Shown here piece after piece: positions 23,817 to 37,850 of a stretch of 64,000 nucleotides of DNA (the first letter of the stretch is position 1; each line of letters opens with the position of its first letter). A model generated the notes under the pieces. That model was not told where the DNA came from. It did no database searches and saw only the letters and a program-made list of their open reading frames with translations. The position numbers and the translations under genes were made by a program. This DNA is from Paraspadella gotoi (Eukaryota; Animalia; Chaetognatha): NCBI GenBank assembly GCA_051294375.1, contig JBJCIZ010000028.1, positions 391,108-455,107 on the forward strand. The letters are read 5' to 3'.

Positions 23817-26800
23817 CAGACAGTCCGCTTCCCCTGTACTGGAGTAACCTCCCTCGCCACAACATTAACTATTATTTCAATTATGTAAAAATACTCCAAA
23901 CCTCTTTCCAACTTTCCTTTCTCCCTCTCTTCCCTCTGCCCTCTCACCTTCTCAACTCCTCTCCCTCTGTCCTATCTCACTCCCCTTCCCTCACTCCCCT
24001 TCCTCACTCTTTCCCTCCCTCACTCTTCCCGCCTCCCTCTTTAAACTCCTCCTCTCTCTCTCTCTCCTTTCGTCTCAACTCCTCTTCCTCTTCCTCTCCT
24101 CCCCCATTTCTCTTTCCTCGCCTCTCTCTCTCTGACCGTCTCCTCCAATTTCTCCCTCACTGTCCCTCCCTCTCTCTCTCTCTCTCACCCTCTCCTTCCC
24201 TCCCACTCCCCTGTCCTTCTTTCCTCTCCCCCTCTCCTTCTCTCCTTCTCTCATTTCCCTCCCTCCCACCCCCAAGGCACGGCCGGCGGCGTGCTGATGT
24301 TCAATCGAGTCCGTCAAACATCTCGACTACGACGACTTGTCTTCCCCAGCGCAGTCTCGCCAAGAGAGGCCTTCCGGCGTCGACCGAGCTCGGTGACGGA
24401 TTCAAAGGTTTCTATACAGGGAAGACGATGGCTGCTGTGGAAGGCGCTGGAGAAGTAAAGTCGAGGTGCTGTGGGAAGGTGCTGGGAGAAGTGCGGTGTT
24501 TGGGTTTTGATGTTGCTTTGAGAAAATTTATGTTTTGAATGAGAAGATTCTCAAAACATTTGCATTTTGCCGTCGTTTACTTCGGCGAGCTTTCTCTCTA
24601 ATTCGATTTATTTTTTTTGTGACTAAAATATTTAAATCGTCACTCTGTTGGCAAAGTTTTATGATGATAATGAATAATGATAATGATAATGTTGTAAAGG
24701 TTTTATGAATGATATGTAATTTGAAATGTCAAAAATAATATCAAAGTAGAATCTTTCACTGGTACTCAGAGGTGAAATGTTGAGAAATACGTGGAGGAAA
24801 TTTAGACGGAAATTAAAGAAAGAGACTGAAAAATATTACATCTTCCATGATTCTGGGGCGACTGTAGTCTGTAACATTTCCGCCATATTTTGGATTTCTC
24901 TCATCTTCTTTTATCTCTCTCTCTTCTCTCTCTCTCTCTCTCTCTCTGTCCTTAATCTCTTAACTTTGTTTGTTTAATTTCTTCTTCTCTCTCTCTCTGA
25001 ATTCCCATCTCTCTCTTTTCTTGTTTTCTTTCTTTCCTTTCTCTTTCTTTCTTTCTTTCTTTCTTCTTTTATCTTTTTTTCTTTCTTCTTATTTTCTTTT
25101 TTCTTCATTCTTTTGTTCTCTATCTATTCCTATTATTACTTCTTTTCTCTCTCTCTCTGTCCTTCTCTTACTTTGTTTGTTTATTTATTTCTATCTCTCT
25201 TTCTTCTTTTCTTTCTTCTAATATTCTTTCTTTCTTTTTTTCTTTATTTTTTTTCTTTCTTTCTTCTTTTTTTCTCTATCTATCTCTTATTTATTACTTT
25301 CTTTTCTCCTCTCTATCCCTTCCCTCTCTTCTCTCTCTTTTATCTCTCTCTTTATATATATTTCTTTCTCTCCCCCCTCTCTCTCTCTCTCCCCTCTCTT
25401 CAGATAGGCGTCCCAAGCTGTGCACGCCACTACGCCCGAGACGAGACGTCGACCAAAGACGAAAACTGGAAAACTCCGTGGAGGAAATCGGAGATCCGAA
25501 AGAGAGGAAACTTGAAAATGTTAGGTTTGGATTTTTGATTGGATTGAATGGATTGATTGAATTGGTAGGGTTGGTGAATTGGATTGCTTGTATTGATTTG
25601 ATTGAATTGGTTGGTTGCTTCATTGAAATATAGTTATTGATTTATTGATCGATATATGAATTATTAGACTGGACGCACGGGCTCGTTCCCGATGGCCATG
25701 TAGCCCTCCCTTCTCATTGGTCCGTTTCGATGATGTTCGTCCAATCAGAGAGACCTCGGCGGGATTTCAATCCGAGTCGCGGATCCGATTTCATCCTTGA
25801 TTCATTCTTGGTTCCGATTCCATCTGCGATGAGAAAAAGAAAGAGAGAAAATTTTAAAAATATTAAAAAAAAAAAACATGCAAACAAAGGGGGAAAAAAA
25901 AGCAAACCTGAAGACTAAAAAAAAAAAAAACAGGGCCAAGATAGCTTAATTATTAAATGAATGGATAATTTTTAACTTGGTTGTACCAAAATTTCATAAA
26001 AGAAAACAAAACGAATGTTCCCTCCCCCTTTTTTGCTTATCCCCTCCTCGCCTTTTCCCTTCCCATACTTCTTCCCCCTCCTCCCAAACAGAGTCAAAAG
26101 AAACCCGACGTCTCGGTCAGAAAATTGTCCCGATCCCCGTCGACTCTAAAGCGTCTCTCAGCGGAAATGCCTGACGGCCATCATGTATCAAGCATCGGCC
26201 TTTCACGCGGCGCAGAATAATCCGCAGTTCGAACATTTTAAGTTTCGCCGTGCCTAATAAGCCCAATGCGATTAAAGGTAAAAAAGGGGTATTATTTGTT
26301 CAAGTTTAGTATATTTTAATTATAAGGATAGAATGGTGCAGTTATCAAAAGGGTGTTTTTTTTTGTAGAATGGTTGTTAATTCGGAGGCAATTTTTTAGA
26401 AATTTTTAGAAAACTTTAATTTTAAAACTTAGTAGGCTGTAAAATTTGTAAATGTAAAGTATGCTGTAAAATTGTAAAAATTTGAAAATTGTAAAATAAG
26501 ATGTGCCACAAAGAAGGTGATTTCAGTTGGCAAGTTATGACAGGTTTCCTTAAAAATAAATAAAAATAATATAAATAAATCAATTCATTCTATGAAATCA
26601 AATCAATTAGCCAAAAATTAAATAAATAAAATAAATTTAAAAATATTTAATATTTTTTTCTACCTATCAACACTAAACAACGAAAAAGAAAGGATATTAC
26701 ATCAAATAAATAATCAAATCAATTTTTTACAAACAAATAACATTCCATTTTCCAAGTTTATTAAATTTTTTTAGGTCACCTTAAAAATTCCATCCCATCA

Positions 26801-27597
26801 TCCCTTTGCCCGCCAAATTCCATTTGCAAATGGCGATGCCGCCTCCAGACGTGGAACTCAATTGGAAGAACATCATGGCGTAGATGGCCAGATTTTCGAG
26901 ATCGAGCCAAAAAAACTTGTTTCTCCTCATTCACGCTCTCAACGTTGCCAGACGGATGAACCCATGAATTAAAGTCACGGCGCTAGGTGAATTCTCTCTC
27001 TGTCTCTATCATGTCTCTCTCTGTTTCTCTGTCTTCTCTTCTCTCTCTCTTTGTATCTTCTATTTCCAATTCCACTGCCGACTGTGAGCCAATGACAAAA
27101 GTCCACTCTCTCTCTTTCTCTCTCTCTTCTCTCTCTCTCTGTCTCTCTCTCTCCTCGTCTCTCTCTCTCGTCTATCTCCTCTCTCGCTCCTCCTCCTCTC
27201 TTGTATTTTTGACAGTTTTCCTTCATATAAAATGTTGCATCAGTTTGGTTCTGGTTATGATCAAAACGCTACACATCGTAATATTTATCCTTTGCATATT
27301 ATGTATATTTAAGTTTAAACTTCATGGACACAGTATATAAATTAGAAATTAATATATATAATTCGCTCGACTTTTTCAAACTAAAATAGAATAGTTAAGT
27401 AAAATGGTATTAAATTTAAAACTTTAACAAAACAGGACTCGTGTTCCCAACGCCCACGATGAACTCATGGCGAATTCTTCGATCTATGAAAAAACGCGAT
27501 AGAAGAGAAGAAACGATTCCATCAAATCTCAAAGATGGAATCACTTATTCTTACTTTCCACCGCGGATGTGCTCAACGCCTCCCGTCCGATATCTGA
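22810..27597 (+). CDS. Lipoxygenase, C-terminal catalytic half (exons ~22810-22963, 23327-23549, ~24277-24454, ~25404-25520, ~26092-26277, possibly ~26776-26975, ~27436-27597)
   Basis: RILGIQL..WLYAKMLAQNADAQ | LMQFVNHMGLAHFCLEPIAIA..MLTPHLNNVLGINWLAKKILI (two Fe-ligand His) | FPAQLAKRG..YREDG..LWKAL | SAFHAAQNNPQF..VPNKP (third His/Asn) | ..RN..YSYF..DI* (terminal Ile). The later exons need indel correction. Confidence 0.88.
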
Positions 27598-28907
27598 GTG
27601 GGGGGAAAAAATGTAATGTTCGTCATCTGATAACGAATGTTAAAACAGTTAATACTGTCGTTGACTTTCAGTGTGAAACAACGTTGTGTTTGTACAAATA
27701 TGCATTTATTCAAAAGATTAGAGTATTTTCATTGCTGACGTTGTAAATTTTAAATTTGGTGTTCTCCACAATTATGGGTATATGGATATAAAACTCGATC
27801 ATTGTGTACTGATTTGAAAATTCGCAAACAGGAAATTGTTTTAAATAATGTTTTTAATTAAAAAAAATTGTTGGTTTGTAATTTTTAGATTCTAATTTTT
27901 GGTTTGAAAAAAAAAGCTTTGAAAAATTGGTTAATATGTACAGCGAGAGAGAGATAGAAAAAGCAGAAAAAAGAGAAAGATAGTAAGAGAGATAGAAAGT
28001 TCATATTTTCTAAGAAAATCACTAACCTTTGGTATTTATCAAAATAAAAATAGAAATACTATTAACAATGACTATTAAATTCATAGTTTTAAAAAAAAAA
28101 AACATGCGAGCGAGTCGTAAAAATTCTATTAAAAATATCATCCGTATCAGTTTTCAAATTATGGAATCGAATTAAAAAGGTTTTCGATTGGCCACACTCC
28201 CAACACGCAAAGGACAAGGTTCAAACAAACTCGTTGGAATGAAGAAGAAACTGTTTCAAATTTAGGAAAAATATATTTGATGAATTGAGACTTGAAAAAC
28301 TAGACCAAAACAAGGACATGCATTACGTCGCCCGCGCGCGAAAAAGTTTTGACAGAGATCAATGGAGCTCGAGTGTGTCTTCCAACGCAATCCCGTAACT
28401 TCCCAAAGAATATTTCTATTCGGATAACGAATCGGCGGCTCATTGTGACCTGGGTGACCTGCACCTTGGCTACGGACCGAAATAGATACGCGCTGCACCT
28501 CGGGAATTGGTTTTCATAAATTGAATTAGAGATTCTCATTCAAACCCGAAACTGGTTTTTTCAAACCCACGAAACTTGATTTCTTTCTTTTCTTTTTTTT
28601 TTTAAGACCCAAAGAATTCAAATCCTCAAATCGAAAAGAAGCTAAATATAAAATTCAATAATTTAAACTTCTTTTTTACTATCCATTGGTTTCTTCGGCT
28701 TACTGCTGACCTCTCCGGTCTCTTCTCTCGTTCTCAGTCGTCTCTTTCTCTCTTCTCTCTCTCTCGTCTCTCTTCTAGTCTCTCTCCATATTTCATATTT
28801 ACTAATCATTTTAATAACCATTATCACACCTACTCGGCTTACATGACGTGACACAAACAATAGTTTACAATAGTAACAAATAAAACAAAACGAAACAAAA
28901 TCAAAAA

Positions 28908-29081
28908 TGTCCACCACCGATCGTGGGGACTCTCGCCGGCGGTCTTTCAGCCGCCAACGCCTTGTCCGTCATGCTTTTTCACTCAATGGCGTCGGCAGTT
29001 ATCTCGTACGGGCGATGATGAAGACGCTAAGAGAGGCGTTTACGGATCTCTCCGCCACGAAATAGGCGGCCTTAATCAATG
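28908..29081 (+). CDS. Probable early coding exon of the SLC37-like gene
   Basis: AAAAATG start context, GC-rich block ending in G|GTGAGT donor; reading frame unclear because of indels. Confidence 0.35.
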
Positions 29082-30308
29082 GTGAGTAGGAGTGATTGAA
29101 TTAAAATGTCGATTTATCAATCATCATCAAATCCCATAATTCATTTGATTCAATTACTAGTCCAATTTAAATAATTAATCAGNNNNNNNNNNNNNNNNNN
29201 NNNNNNNNNNNNNNNNNNNNNNNNNNNNNNNNNNNNNNNNNNNNNNNNNNNNNNNNNNNNNNNNNNNNNNNNNNNNNNNNNNTTGATTGATTGATTGATT
29301 CATTTATTTATTTAATCATTCATTCAATCACACTTTTATTCCTTTACTCATTCATTCATTCACTCGTTTATTCATTCATTCATTCATTTTTTAAACCTTT
29401 CAGGGGCCGCAGCAGCTTCCGCCGCTCCAGCCGCCGCCGCCGCCGCNNNNNNNNNNNNNNNNNNNNNNNNNNNNNNNNNNNNNNNNNNNNNNNNNNNNNN
29501 NNNNNNNNNNNNNNNNNNNNNNNNNNNNNNNNNNNNNNNNNNNNNNNNNNNNNNNNNNNNNNNNNNNNNNNNNNNNNNNNNNNNNNNNNNNNNNNNNNNN
29601 NNNNNNNNNNNNNNNNNNNNNNNNNNNCGTATTTGAAAAATATTAATTAATTAATTCCCTAAAAAAATTTAATTGAAGGATAAAGGTGTTATAGACTCTT
29701 TTTTTAAATTCGATTTCCATTTGTCCATTAAAAATGGATTGAGAATACGTATATGCCCTAAATTCTCAGGCTTGAGCGACAAAACGGCTTAATATTTTCG
29801 ATTCGACCAATTTAAATTTATCAGGGCGTCTACACGTTTGTGTTTTGGCTGCCTCAATACATTAAGTGAGTTTTACAAGTTTTACAATTTTTCAAGTGAG
29901 TTTTACATTACATTTTGTTTATTTATTAGTTTTTCTAAGATATTTTGTTATTACATTTTGTTTATTTTGTTTTATTTAACCTCTCTGTACATTTATTCCC
30001 CTCTCTGTCTCTTTCTCGATTTCTCTCTCTTGCTTTGTCTCTCTCTNNNNNNNNNNNNNNNNNNNNNNNNNNNNNNNNNNNNNNNNNNNNNNNNNNNNNN
30101 NNNNNNNNNNNNNNNNNNNNNNNNNNNNNNNNNNNNNNNNNNNNNNNNNNNNNNNNNNNNNNNNNNNNNNNNNNNNNNNNNNNNNNNNNNNNNNNNNNNN
30201 NNNNNNNNNNNNNNNNNNNNNNNNNNNNNNNNNNNNNNNNNNNNNNNNNNNNNNNNNNNNNNNNNNNNNNNNNNNNNNNNNNNNNNNNNNNNNNNNNNNN
30301 NNNNNNNT

Positions 30309-31893
30309 CCCCACGCGATTCCGGATTCCTCTCCATCGCCTTCGACGTAGGCGGCGTCTTCGGCGGCGCGGCAGCGGGAGCCGCGGCGGACGCTACGCAG
30401 CGCAGCGCCGCCATTTGCATCGCCATGTCGGTCTTGGCCGTTCCGTGCATATTGCTTTACAACTACTTGGTCTTGTCGGTGAGATTTGGTCGCTTTTGTC
30501 GGGTCGGTCAGTCTGTTTGTTTTTTATTTCTATGAAAATTATCAAATATCCATTGATTTAATGAATAAGCAATCTTGCCCCCTGGCTTTGTTGTACAGGC
30601 TTTGGTGGTTAAGGCCTCCGATCCACACTTTACAAAAATAATAGCATAACAGGTCTCTCTTCACTGTCTACGTTTATTTCACTCCCAGAGTACGTGACTT
30701 TTCTATCAATGAAGTGGATATAATGTTTTACCGAATGTTTCAATTGTATAAAAAGGATTTCTTCTTGCCTATTTCCTTCTTTTAGAGGCACATTCTGTCC
30801 GTCCGACCGCCTGACTTACGTTATCGGCTATCAGCCAGTCAGTTTGATAAGGGTCTGACTGTCTGTTTGTCTCTCGTCTTTCTATCTCTCAGGCCCATCC
30901 GTCTTCTTCGTCCGTCCAACCCATTCAGTCTGTCTGGTATGATTTCCTTTGCAGTCTGTAAAAAAAATAATCGAAACTAAATTAATTAAAAAATCTATTT
31001 TAACTAAATTACATAGATATAAATAATAGTATAATAAAAATATTATATTAGTGATAAAACTTGTTTCAGTTGGATTCACGACAATATTCTTCTTCTTCTC
31101 TCTGCGGATTTTTCTCACTGGAACCCTTCCTTTGCATCACAACAGACGATTGAGCGGCGGATTTTGGGCGCCAGTGAAAGTTTAAAGTGAGAGAGGAGAG
31201 AGAAAGTGAAGAGAGTGAGAGTGATTAAAAGAATGTAACGTAGAAAATGATTATTTAATAATTTACTTTCCTTTCTGCCAAACAAAGGGCGACGCACGGT
31301 GGCCGGCATCGTGAACGGATCAGCTATCGGGCCGGTTTGATCGTCTGACGTCGGCTGGTCTCCTTCTGACTTACGGAGGGGTGGACGTGAGGTAGAGGGA
31401 GGGAGAGAAGAGATAGTGATGAGAGTGAGAGAGATGAGAGTGATAGATGGCAGTGGAGTTGAGACGAGAGGGAGAGAAGATGGCGAGAGAGAAGAGAAAG
31501 AGAGAGAGAGAGAGAAAGAGTACAATGGTTTAGAGTGATCCATGGCCTTAAAACGGTATGGCAATTGGGCATTGGCATGTTGGCATTGGCCCAATGTGCA
31601 ACGAAGGGTTCAAAAGCAGGTTAACTATGAAAAAATTAAACAGTAAATTATCATAATTTTTTATATGTTAAAAAAGTGTAAATTTGAAAAGATTTACCTC
31701 GCAAAGCTCCAAAAAATCCCCTTTTTTAGACCACTAAAATCTCTCTTTTGATGCCAATAATCTTCCTTTTAATAAATCTCCTTTTTTAATTTCCAGGCGG
31801 ACGCGTCTTTTGGATGTTGCTACAACGAGTTTCTCTCAGAGCCGCCCTTTCTTTATTCCTATAGCTGTGGAGAAGGAAAGAGTCACCCACTGA
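30309..31893 (+). CDS. SLC37A-like MFS sugar-phosphate/Pi exchanger, C-terminal exons (~30309-30468, ~31071-31175, ~31277-31386, ~31800-31893)
   Basis: GFLSIAFDVGGVFGGAAAGAAAD..VLAVPCILLY; [19 protein letters not shown]; [15 protein letters not shown]; CVFWML - the SLC37 pattern FDVGG..GP..LITTAVSADLG..TV..IIDGTGS.GA. Confidence 0.8.
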
Positions 31894-34800
31894 GCAGCGC
31901 ACCCCTCTTTGACAACTCCGTATTATTTATTAGTTATTTGGAAAGAACAAGAAAAAAAATTTCGGTTTTAAAGTGTTTTTTTCTCTATTCTTTCTTTTTC
32001 TTTCTTTTTCATTCACACTCTCACTCTCTACCTCTATCTCTCTTCTCTCTGCTCTTATCGCTCTGCTCTCGCTTTCTCTTTATTATCCCTCTATTTATTT
32101 CTTCCCCCATGTCTTCTGAAACAATTATTGATGTACGAAACTTATCTTCGAATTTATTAATAAAATCGTTTTTAATTTATAATTCTATTAAACTATGAGT
32201 TTTTTCAGAAATCCTTAGACAACTGAGTGACGACGGAGAGGAGAGACAGAGAGAGACCAGAGAGAAGAGGAGATTTTAAAATTTACCGTCGGGGTTTGTT
32301 TGTTTTTAGAAGTAGTCGCGTTGCCGCATGAAGGGTATAATTTTTTATAAACGTTAATGACATTATTGTGGATGTGATATAGATAGAAAGACAGATTTAT
32401 AAAAAGTGCAAAGGGAGCATCATCGTAAACAGAAAACGGACAAAACCCGGAATTGAAGTGACAAGAAATTTTCAAGAGTTTAACGATTGGGTAGGGAGAA
32501 ACTCGGCCAAGCGTGAGAGAAGAAGAGAGAGACACACACACAATTACTAGGCTTCGTTGCGGCACGCCGAAGAGATTCATATCTTAGAACAATTTGAATG
32601 GCCCTCCCCTCGTCTTTGCTCTGAGCAAGTATAAACTATTTTAATGCGGTCGCGTTCGGTCAGTCTGTCCGTGAGTCCTTTATTAAATTCATATTACTCA
32701 TATTTATAACCTATATAATATTCTAGTAGTTAGGTTATGTTCTTGAGATACTAAATGACATATTTTCTTATATTAAAGATTGATTGTTCAAATTTTATAT
32801 ATTAATATAGGTACGATCTTAAGACGAAATAATTTATTAAAAAGTAATATTAATAGAAAATACAAAATGTATGCTAAAATTTATTAAATGGTGTGTACAC
32901 AAGATAATTACTGCGGCCGACACCTGAACTTTACCGGGTTCGATTTTTGTCGAACGCACTCGCCGGTGAGTCAAATAACCTGTCGTCAATAATAAGGAAT
33001 GTCCGAAAGATCGAATCAAATAGATCTTTTTTTTTAAATTCAGATTAATTATTATTTTAATTTATTCTTTTTTTTTTTTTTTTTTTTGCGTAATTCCGAC
33101 TTCTCTTTCGTCGTTACCGCCTGTGAAATTACGCGGCAATTGTTCATTTATTCCCGAAACGCTTTATACGATTATGTTATTTTTTTTAGATGATTGTTTT
33201 AAAATTAATACATGCGCTCTTTCCTTTGTTTTTTTTAAATCGTCTTTTATAAAGAAAAACTAATTCCAATTTTTTATTAATCGTAAAAGTCTTTGACATT
33301 GACATGAAAAAACTAATTAATGCAATAATTTGACTGACGTAACGTGTTTTCTCTGTTACACTAGGAAAATTAATGTTCTATGCAAAAATGTCTTGTAATT
33401 TTTTTATTCTTGTTCGGGTTGCCGAAGATCGTAAACTTCTACGAGATATTAACTATCAGATATAAAAAAATTAAATTTATTGTGTATTGTGCAACTATAT
33501 TTAAACGCCGCCTATGTTTATTCGGAACCGGTTTTTTAAAAAAAATGGAGTATCTTTGAACTGCATGTATAATGCTTCATGTAACTACTCAAAAATTTAT
33601 CTTGTTTGGCGCGCCGATGAAAATTTATATATTCATTAATACGATTAATATTAAAAAATGTTGATGGGGAATGTAATAATTGGAAAAAATAAATTAAAGC
33701 GCTTTCAAAAATATATTGAATGATCATGTAGCCGTATTTTTTTATAGGATTCATTAAAGGTTTTATTCGGAGACCATCGCTTCGATCGTTTTTGGATTTA
33801 GGCATTTGGAAAAAATGTGTGAAATGTGACAATGTCAAATGTTCAAATGTCCTGGCAAAAATGAAATGAATGCCACTTTTTCTTCTATTGAAACTACGTC
33901 TGGAAATCCCGTTTGAAGCGTTGAAAATTCGCCGCCTCCCTCCCCCATAAATACATTGCCAACTAGAATTTAAAGCGTGCTTGTGATATATCTTTTCCAA
34001 CCTAAAATAATCTAGATACTTACGTCTAAACACTTTAAAATCAGCAAAAAAATAACTAATAAATTGAATCCCCCCAAAAAGATTTTTTAAATTCTTTCAT
34101 GGTTTACTGAATTAAAGAACTATTTTAAAAAAAAAAAAAAAGAGTCAGTTTAGATAGTAAAACTCGTTATTCGTAAATGAAACAAAACTTTTGTTTCTCT
34201 CCTAATAATTAACCCATAATCTCAAAATTACTACTTACTAGCTAAAAAAAAAACCATCCCAGATATTAATCTCAAAAAACTCCTCGGGATAAAAAATGTC
34301 GACGGTTCGCTCGCTCGAAGCTTGCCAACGCGGAAAGGCCGATTGCAGTCTGGTCATCGTTTCGAGGCTTCGCGTCGCCTCCACCTCGGACTACTGGACC
34401 ATTTTTGGGAAAGACGCGTCCGCTGGAGGGCGCTGCCGACGTCGTGGGCGCAAGATGAAAACTGGACGTCGTATCGAAATGGTGATCGTGGAAAAAATTG
34501 GAATCGCGTCGTGACGACGAGGAAAAGGGCATGACTTTTTCCTGTTGGTTGTTTTTTGTTTCCGGGGCATGTTTTAGTCCGTGGGTTGGAAAGGGGCCCC
34601 TTCTGAAAACGGAGATTTTTTAGTACTAAGATTAAAGTATGGGGGATACCCCCTACAAGAAAGGAAAAGTGTTCCTTGAATTCCGGGTGTGGGGTGTGGT
34701 CGGGTGCCCCTTATTTTCATATAATCCCGCGTTGTTTTTTCTCTTTCGCGACAACTAAAAACATTGGCGTCCGCGTTTCTTAAAACACCAACTGTGTAGA

Positions 34801-35068
34801 CAACTACTTACTAGTGTCCGTACAGTGTACAGGAACAGGAAAACAGGGCGCCTTCTTCAGGAAACTAATAAGAGAGAGAGAGCAGAAAAGAAAAGAAGAC
34901 CNNNNNNNNNNNNNNNNNNNNNNNNNAAAAGTGTAATATTGAAAAGAGTTTTACCTCGCCAGAAGTACAAAAAATCCCTTTTTAAGACCACTAAAATCTC
35001 TTTTTGATGCCAATAAATCTCCTTTTAATAAATCTCCTTTTAATAAATCTCCTTTTTTTAATTTCCAG

Positions 35069-37850
35069 TGCGTCTTCTGGATGTTGGCTACAACGAGTTT
35101 TCTCTCAGCCGCCTTTCTTATTCCAATAGCTGTTGGAGAAGGAAAGAAAGTCACCCACTGAGCAGCCACCCCTCTTTGAACAAACTCCTATTATGTTTTT
35201 ATTGATTGAAAAAAANNNNNNNNNNNNNNNNNNNNNNNNNNNNNNNNNNNNNNNNNNNNNNNNNNNNNNNNNNNNNNNNNNNNNNNNNNNNNNNNNNNNN
35301 NNNNNNNNNNNNNNNNNNNNNNNNNNNNNNNNNNNNNNNNNNNNNNNNNNNNNNNNNNNNNNNNNNNNNNNNNNNNNNNNNNNNNNNNNNNNNNNNNNNN
35401 NNNNNNNNNCTCACACTCTCACTCTCTACCTCTATCTCTCTCTCTCTCTTTATCGCTCTCTCTCGCTTTCTCTTTCATTATTCCTTTCTTATTTATTTCT
35501 TTCCCCTGTCTCTGAAAAATTATTTGATGTATATGAACTTTTTCTGAATTATTAATAAAAACATCGTTTTTTAATTTATTAATTCCTATTAACTAGTAGT
35601 TTTTCAGAAATAGAAAGAGAGACAGAGAGACAGAGAGAAAGAGAGATTTTAAAAGATTACCGGTCGGTTGTTNNNNNNNNNNCAAGATAATGACATAACA
35701 GGTCTCTCTCACTGTCTCGTTTATTCACTCCCAGAGTACGTGACTTTTCTATCAATGAAGTGGTATAATGTTTTACCGAATGTTTCAATTGTATAAAAAG
35801 GATTTCTCTCTTCCTATTTCCTTCTTTTAGAGGCCACATTTGTCCGTCCGACCGCCTGACTTTACGTTCGGCTATCAGCCAGTCAGTTTTTATAATGGTC
35901 TGACTGTCTGTTTGTCTCTCTGTCTTTCTATCTCTCAGCCCATCCGTCTCTTCGTCCGTCCAACCCATCAGTCTGTCTGTATATTTCCTTTCAGTCTGTA
36001 AAAAAATAAATCGAAACTAAAATTAATTANNNNNNNNNNNNNNNNNNNNNNNNNNNNNNNNNNNNNNNNNNNNNNNNNNNNNNNNNNNNNNNNNNNNNNN
36101 NNNNNNNNNNNNNNNNNNNNNNNNNNNNNNNNNNNNNNNNNNNNNNNNNNNNNNNNNNNNNNNNNNNNNNNNNNNNNNNNNNNNNNNNNNNNNNNNNNNN
36201 NNNNNNNATTAAATAATATTATAATAAAAATAATTATATTAGTATAAACTTGTTTCAGTTGGGATTCACGACAAATATTCTTCTTCTTTCTCTCTGCGGA
36301 TTTTTTCTCACTGGACCCTTCACTTTGATCACAACAGACGTGAGCGCGGATTTGGGCGCCAGTGAAAGTTTAANNNNNNNNNNNNNNNNNNNNNNNNNNN
36401 NNNNNNNNNNNNNNNNNNNNNNNNNNNNNNNNNNNNNNNNNNNNNNNNNNNNNNNNNNNNNNNNNNNNNNNNNNNNNNNNNNNNNNNNNNNNNNNNNNNN
36501 NNNNNNNNNNNNNNNNNNNNNNNNNNNNNNNNNNNNNNNNNNNNNNNNNNNNNNNNNNNNNNNNNNNNNNNNNNNNNNNNNNNNNNNNNNNTTACTTTCC
36601 TCAGCCAAACACGAAGGCGACGGCGACGGTGGCCGGCATCGTGAACGGATCAGGCTCGATCGGGGCCGCGTTGAGTCCGCTGACCGTCGGTCTCCTTCTG
36701 ACTTACGGAGGGTGGACGGTGAGTAGAGGGGAGGGAGAGAGAGAGAGAGTGAGAGAGTGAGAGAGTGAGAGAGTGAGAGAGAGAGAGAGAGAGAGATTTT
36801 ACAATGGTTTGATGATCCATGGCTTAAAACGGTATTGGCAATGGGCAATGGCCATTGGCATTGGCAATTGGGCATTGGCAATTGGGCATTAGCAATTGGG
36901 CATTGGCAATTGGGCATTGGAAAAAAGAGAGAGATATTAATTAAAAAATCTATTTTAGACTAAATTAACATAGATAAATAATGATTATAATAAAAATAGA
37001 TTATATTAGTATAAACTTGTTTCAGTTGGGAATTCACGACAAATATTCTTCTTCTTTCTCTCTGCGGATTTTTTTCTCACTGGAAACCCTTCACTTTGAT
37101 CAACACAGACGTGAGCGCGGATTTGGGCGTCCAGTGAAAGTTTAAAGGTGAGAGAGAGAGAGAAAGTGAGAGTTTAGAGTGAGAGTGAATTAAAGAAATG
37201 TAACGTAGAAAATGATTAATATTTTACTTTCCTGCAGCCTAAACAGAGAAGGCGACGGCGACGGTGGCCGCATCGTGACGGATCAGGCCGATCGGGGCCG
37301 GGTTGAGTCCGGCTGACCGTCGGGTCTCCTTCTGAACTTAGCGGAGGTGGACGGTGAGTAGAGGGGAGGGAGAGAGAGAGAGAGTAGAGAGGTGAGAGAG
37401 AGAGAGGTGAGAGAGTGAGCAGAGAGAGAGAGAGAATGAGAGAGAAAGAGAGAGAGAGAGAAAGATTTTACAAGTGGTTAGATGATCCATGGCTTAAAAC
37501 GGTATTTGGCAATGGGCATTGGCATTTGGGAATTGGCCAGTGTGCAATTAGAGTTCAAAGCAGGTTAACCTAATGAAAAAATTAACAGTAAATTTATCTA
37601 TTGAATTTTTTTTATATGTTAGAAAAAGTGTAATATTGGAAGAGTTTACCTGTCGGCCAGAATCCAAAAATCCCTTTTAAAGACCGACTAAAATCTCTTT
37701 TTGATGCCAATAAATCTCCTTTTAATAAATCTCCTTGTTTTTAAATTTCCAGTGCGTCTTTTTGGATGTTGGCGTACAACGAGTTTTCTCTGGGGCAGCC
37801 GGCCTTCTTATTCGATAGCTGTTGGAGAAAGGAAAGAAAGTCACCCACTG
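35069..37850 (+). CDS. Redundant copies of the SLC37-like last exons (clean last exon 35069-35161; 36259-36360; ~36604-36718; ~37026-37850)
   Basis: 35069-35161 reads [30 protein letters not shown]. Copies differ mainly by indels and sit between N gaps. Confidence 0.65.
36835..36920. repeat. Tandem GGCATTGGCAATTG-type repeat
   Basis: Directly visible. Confidence 0.8.
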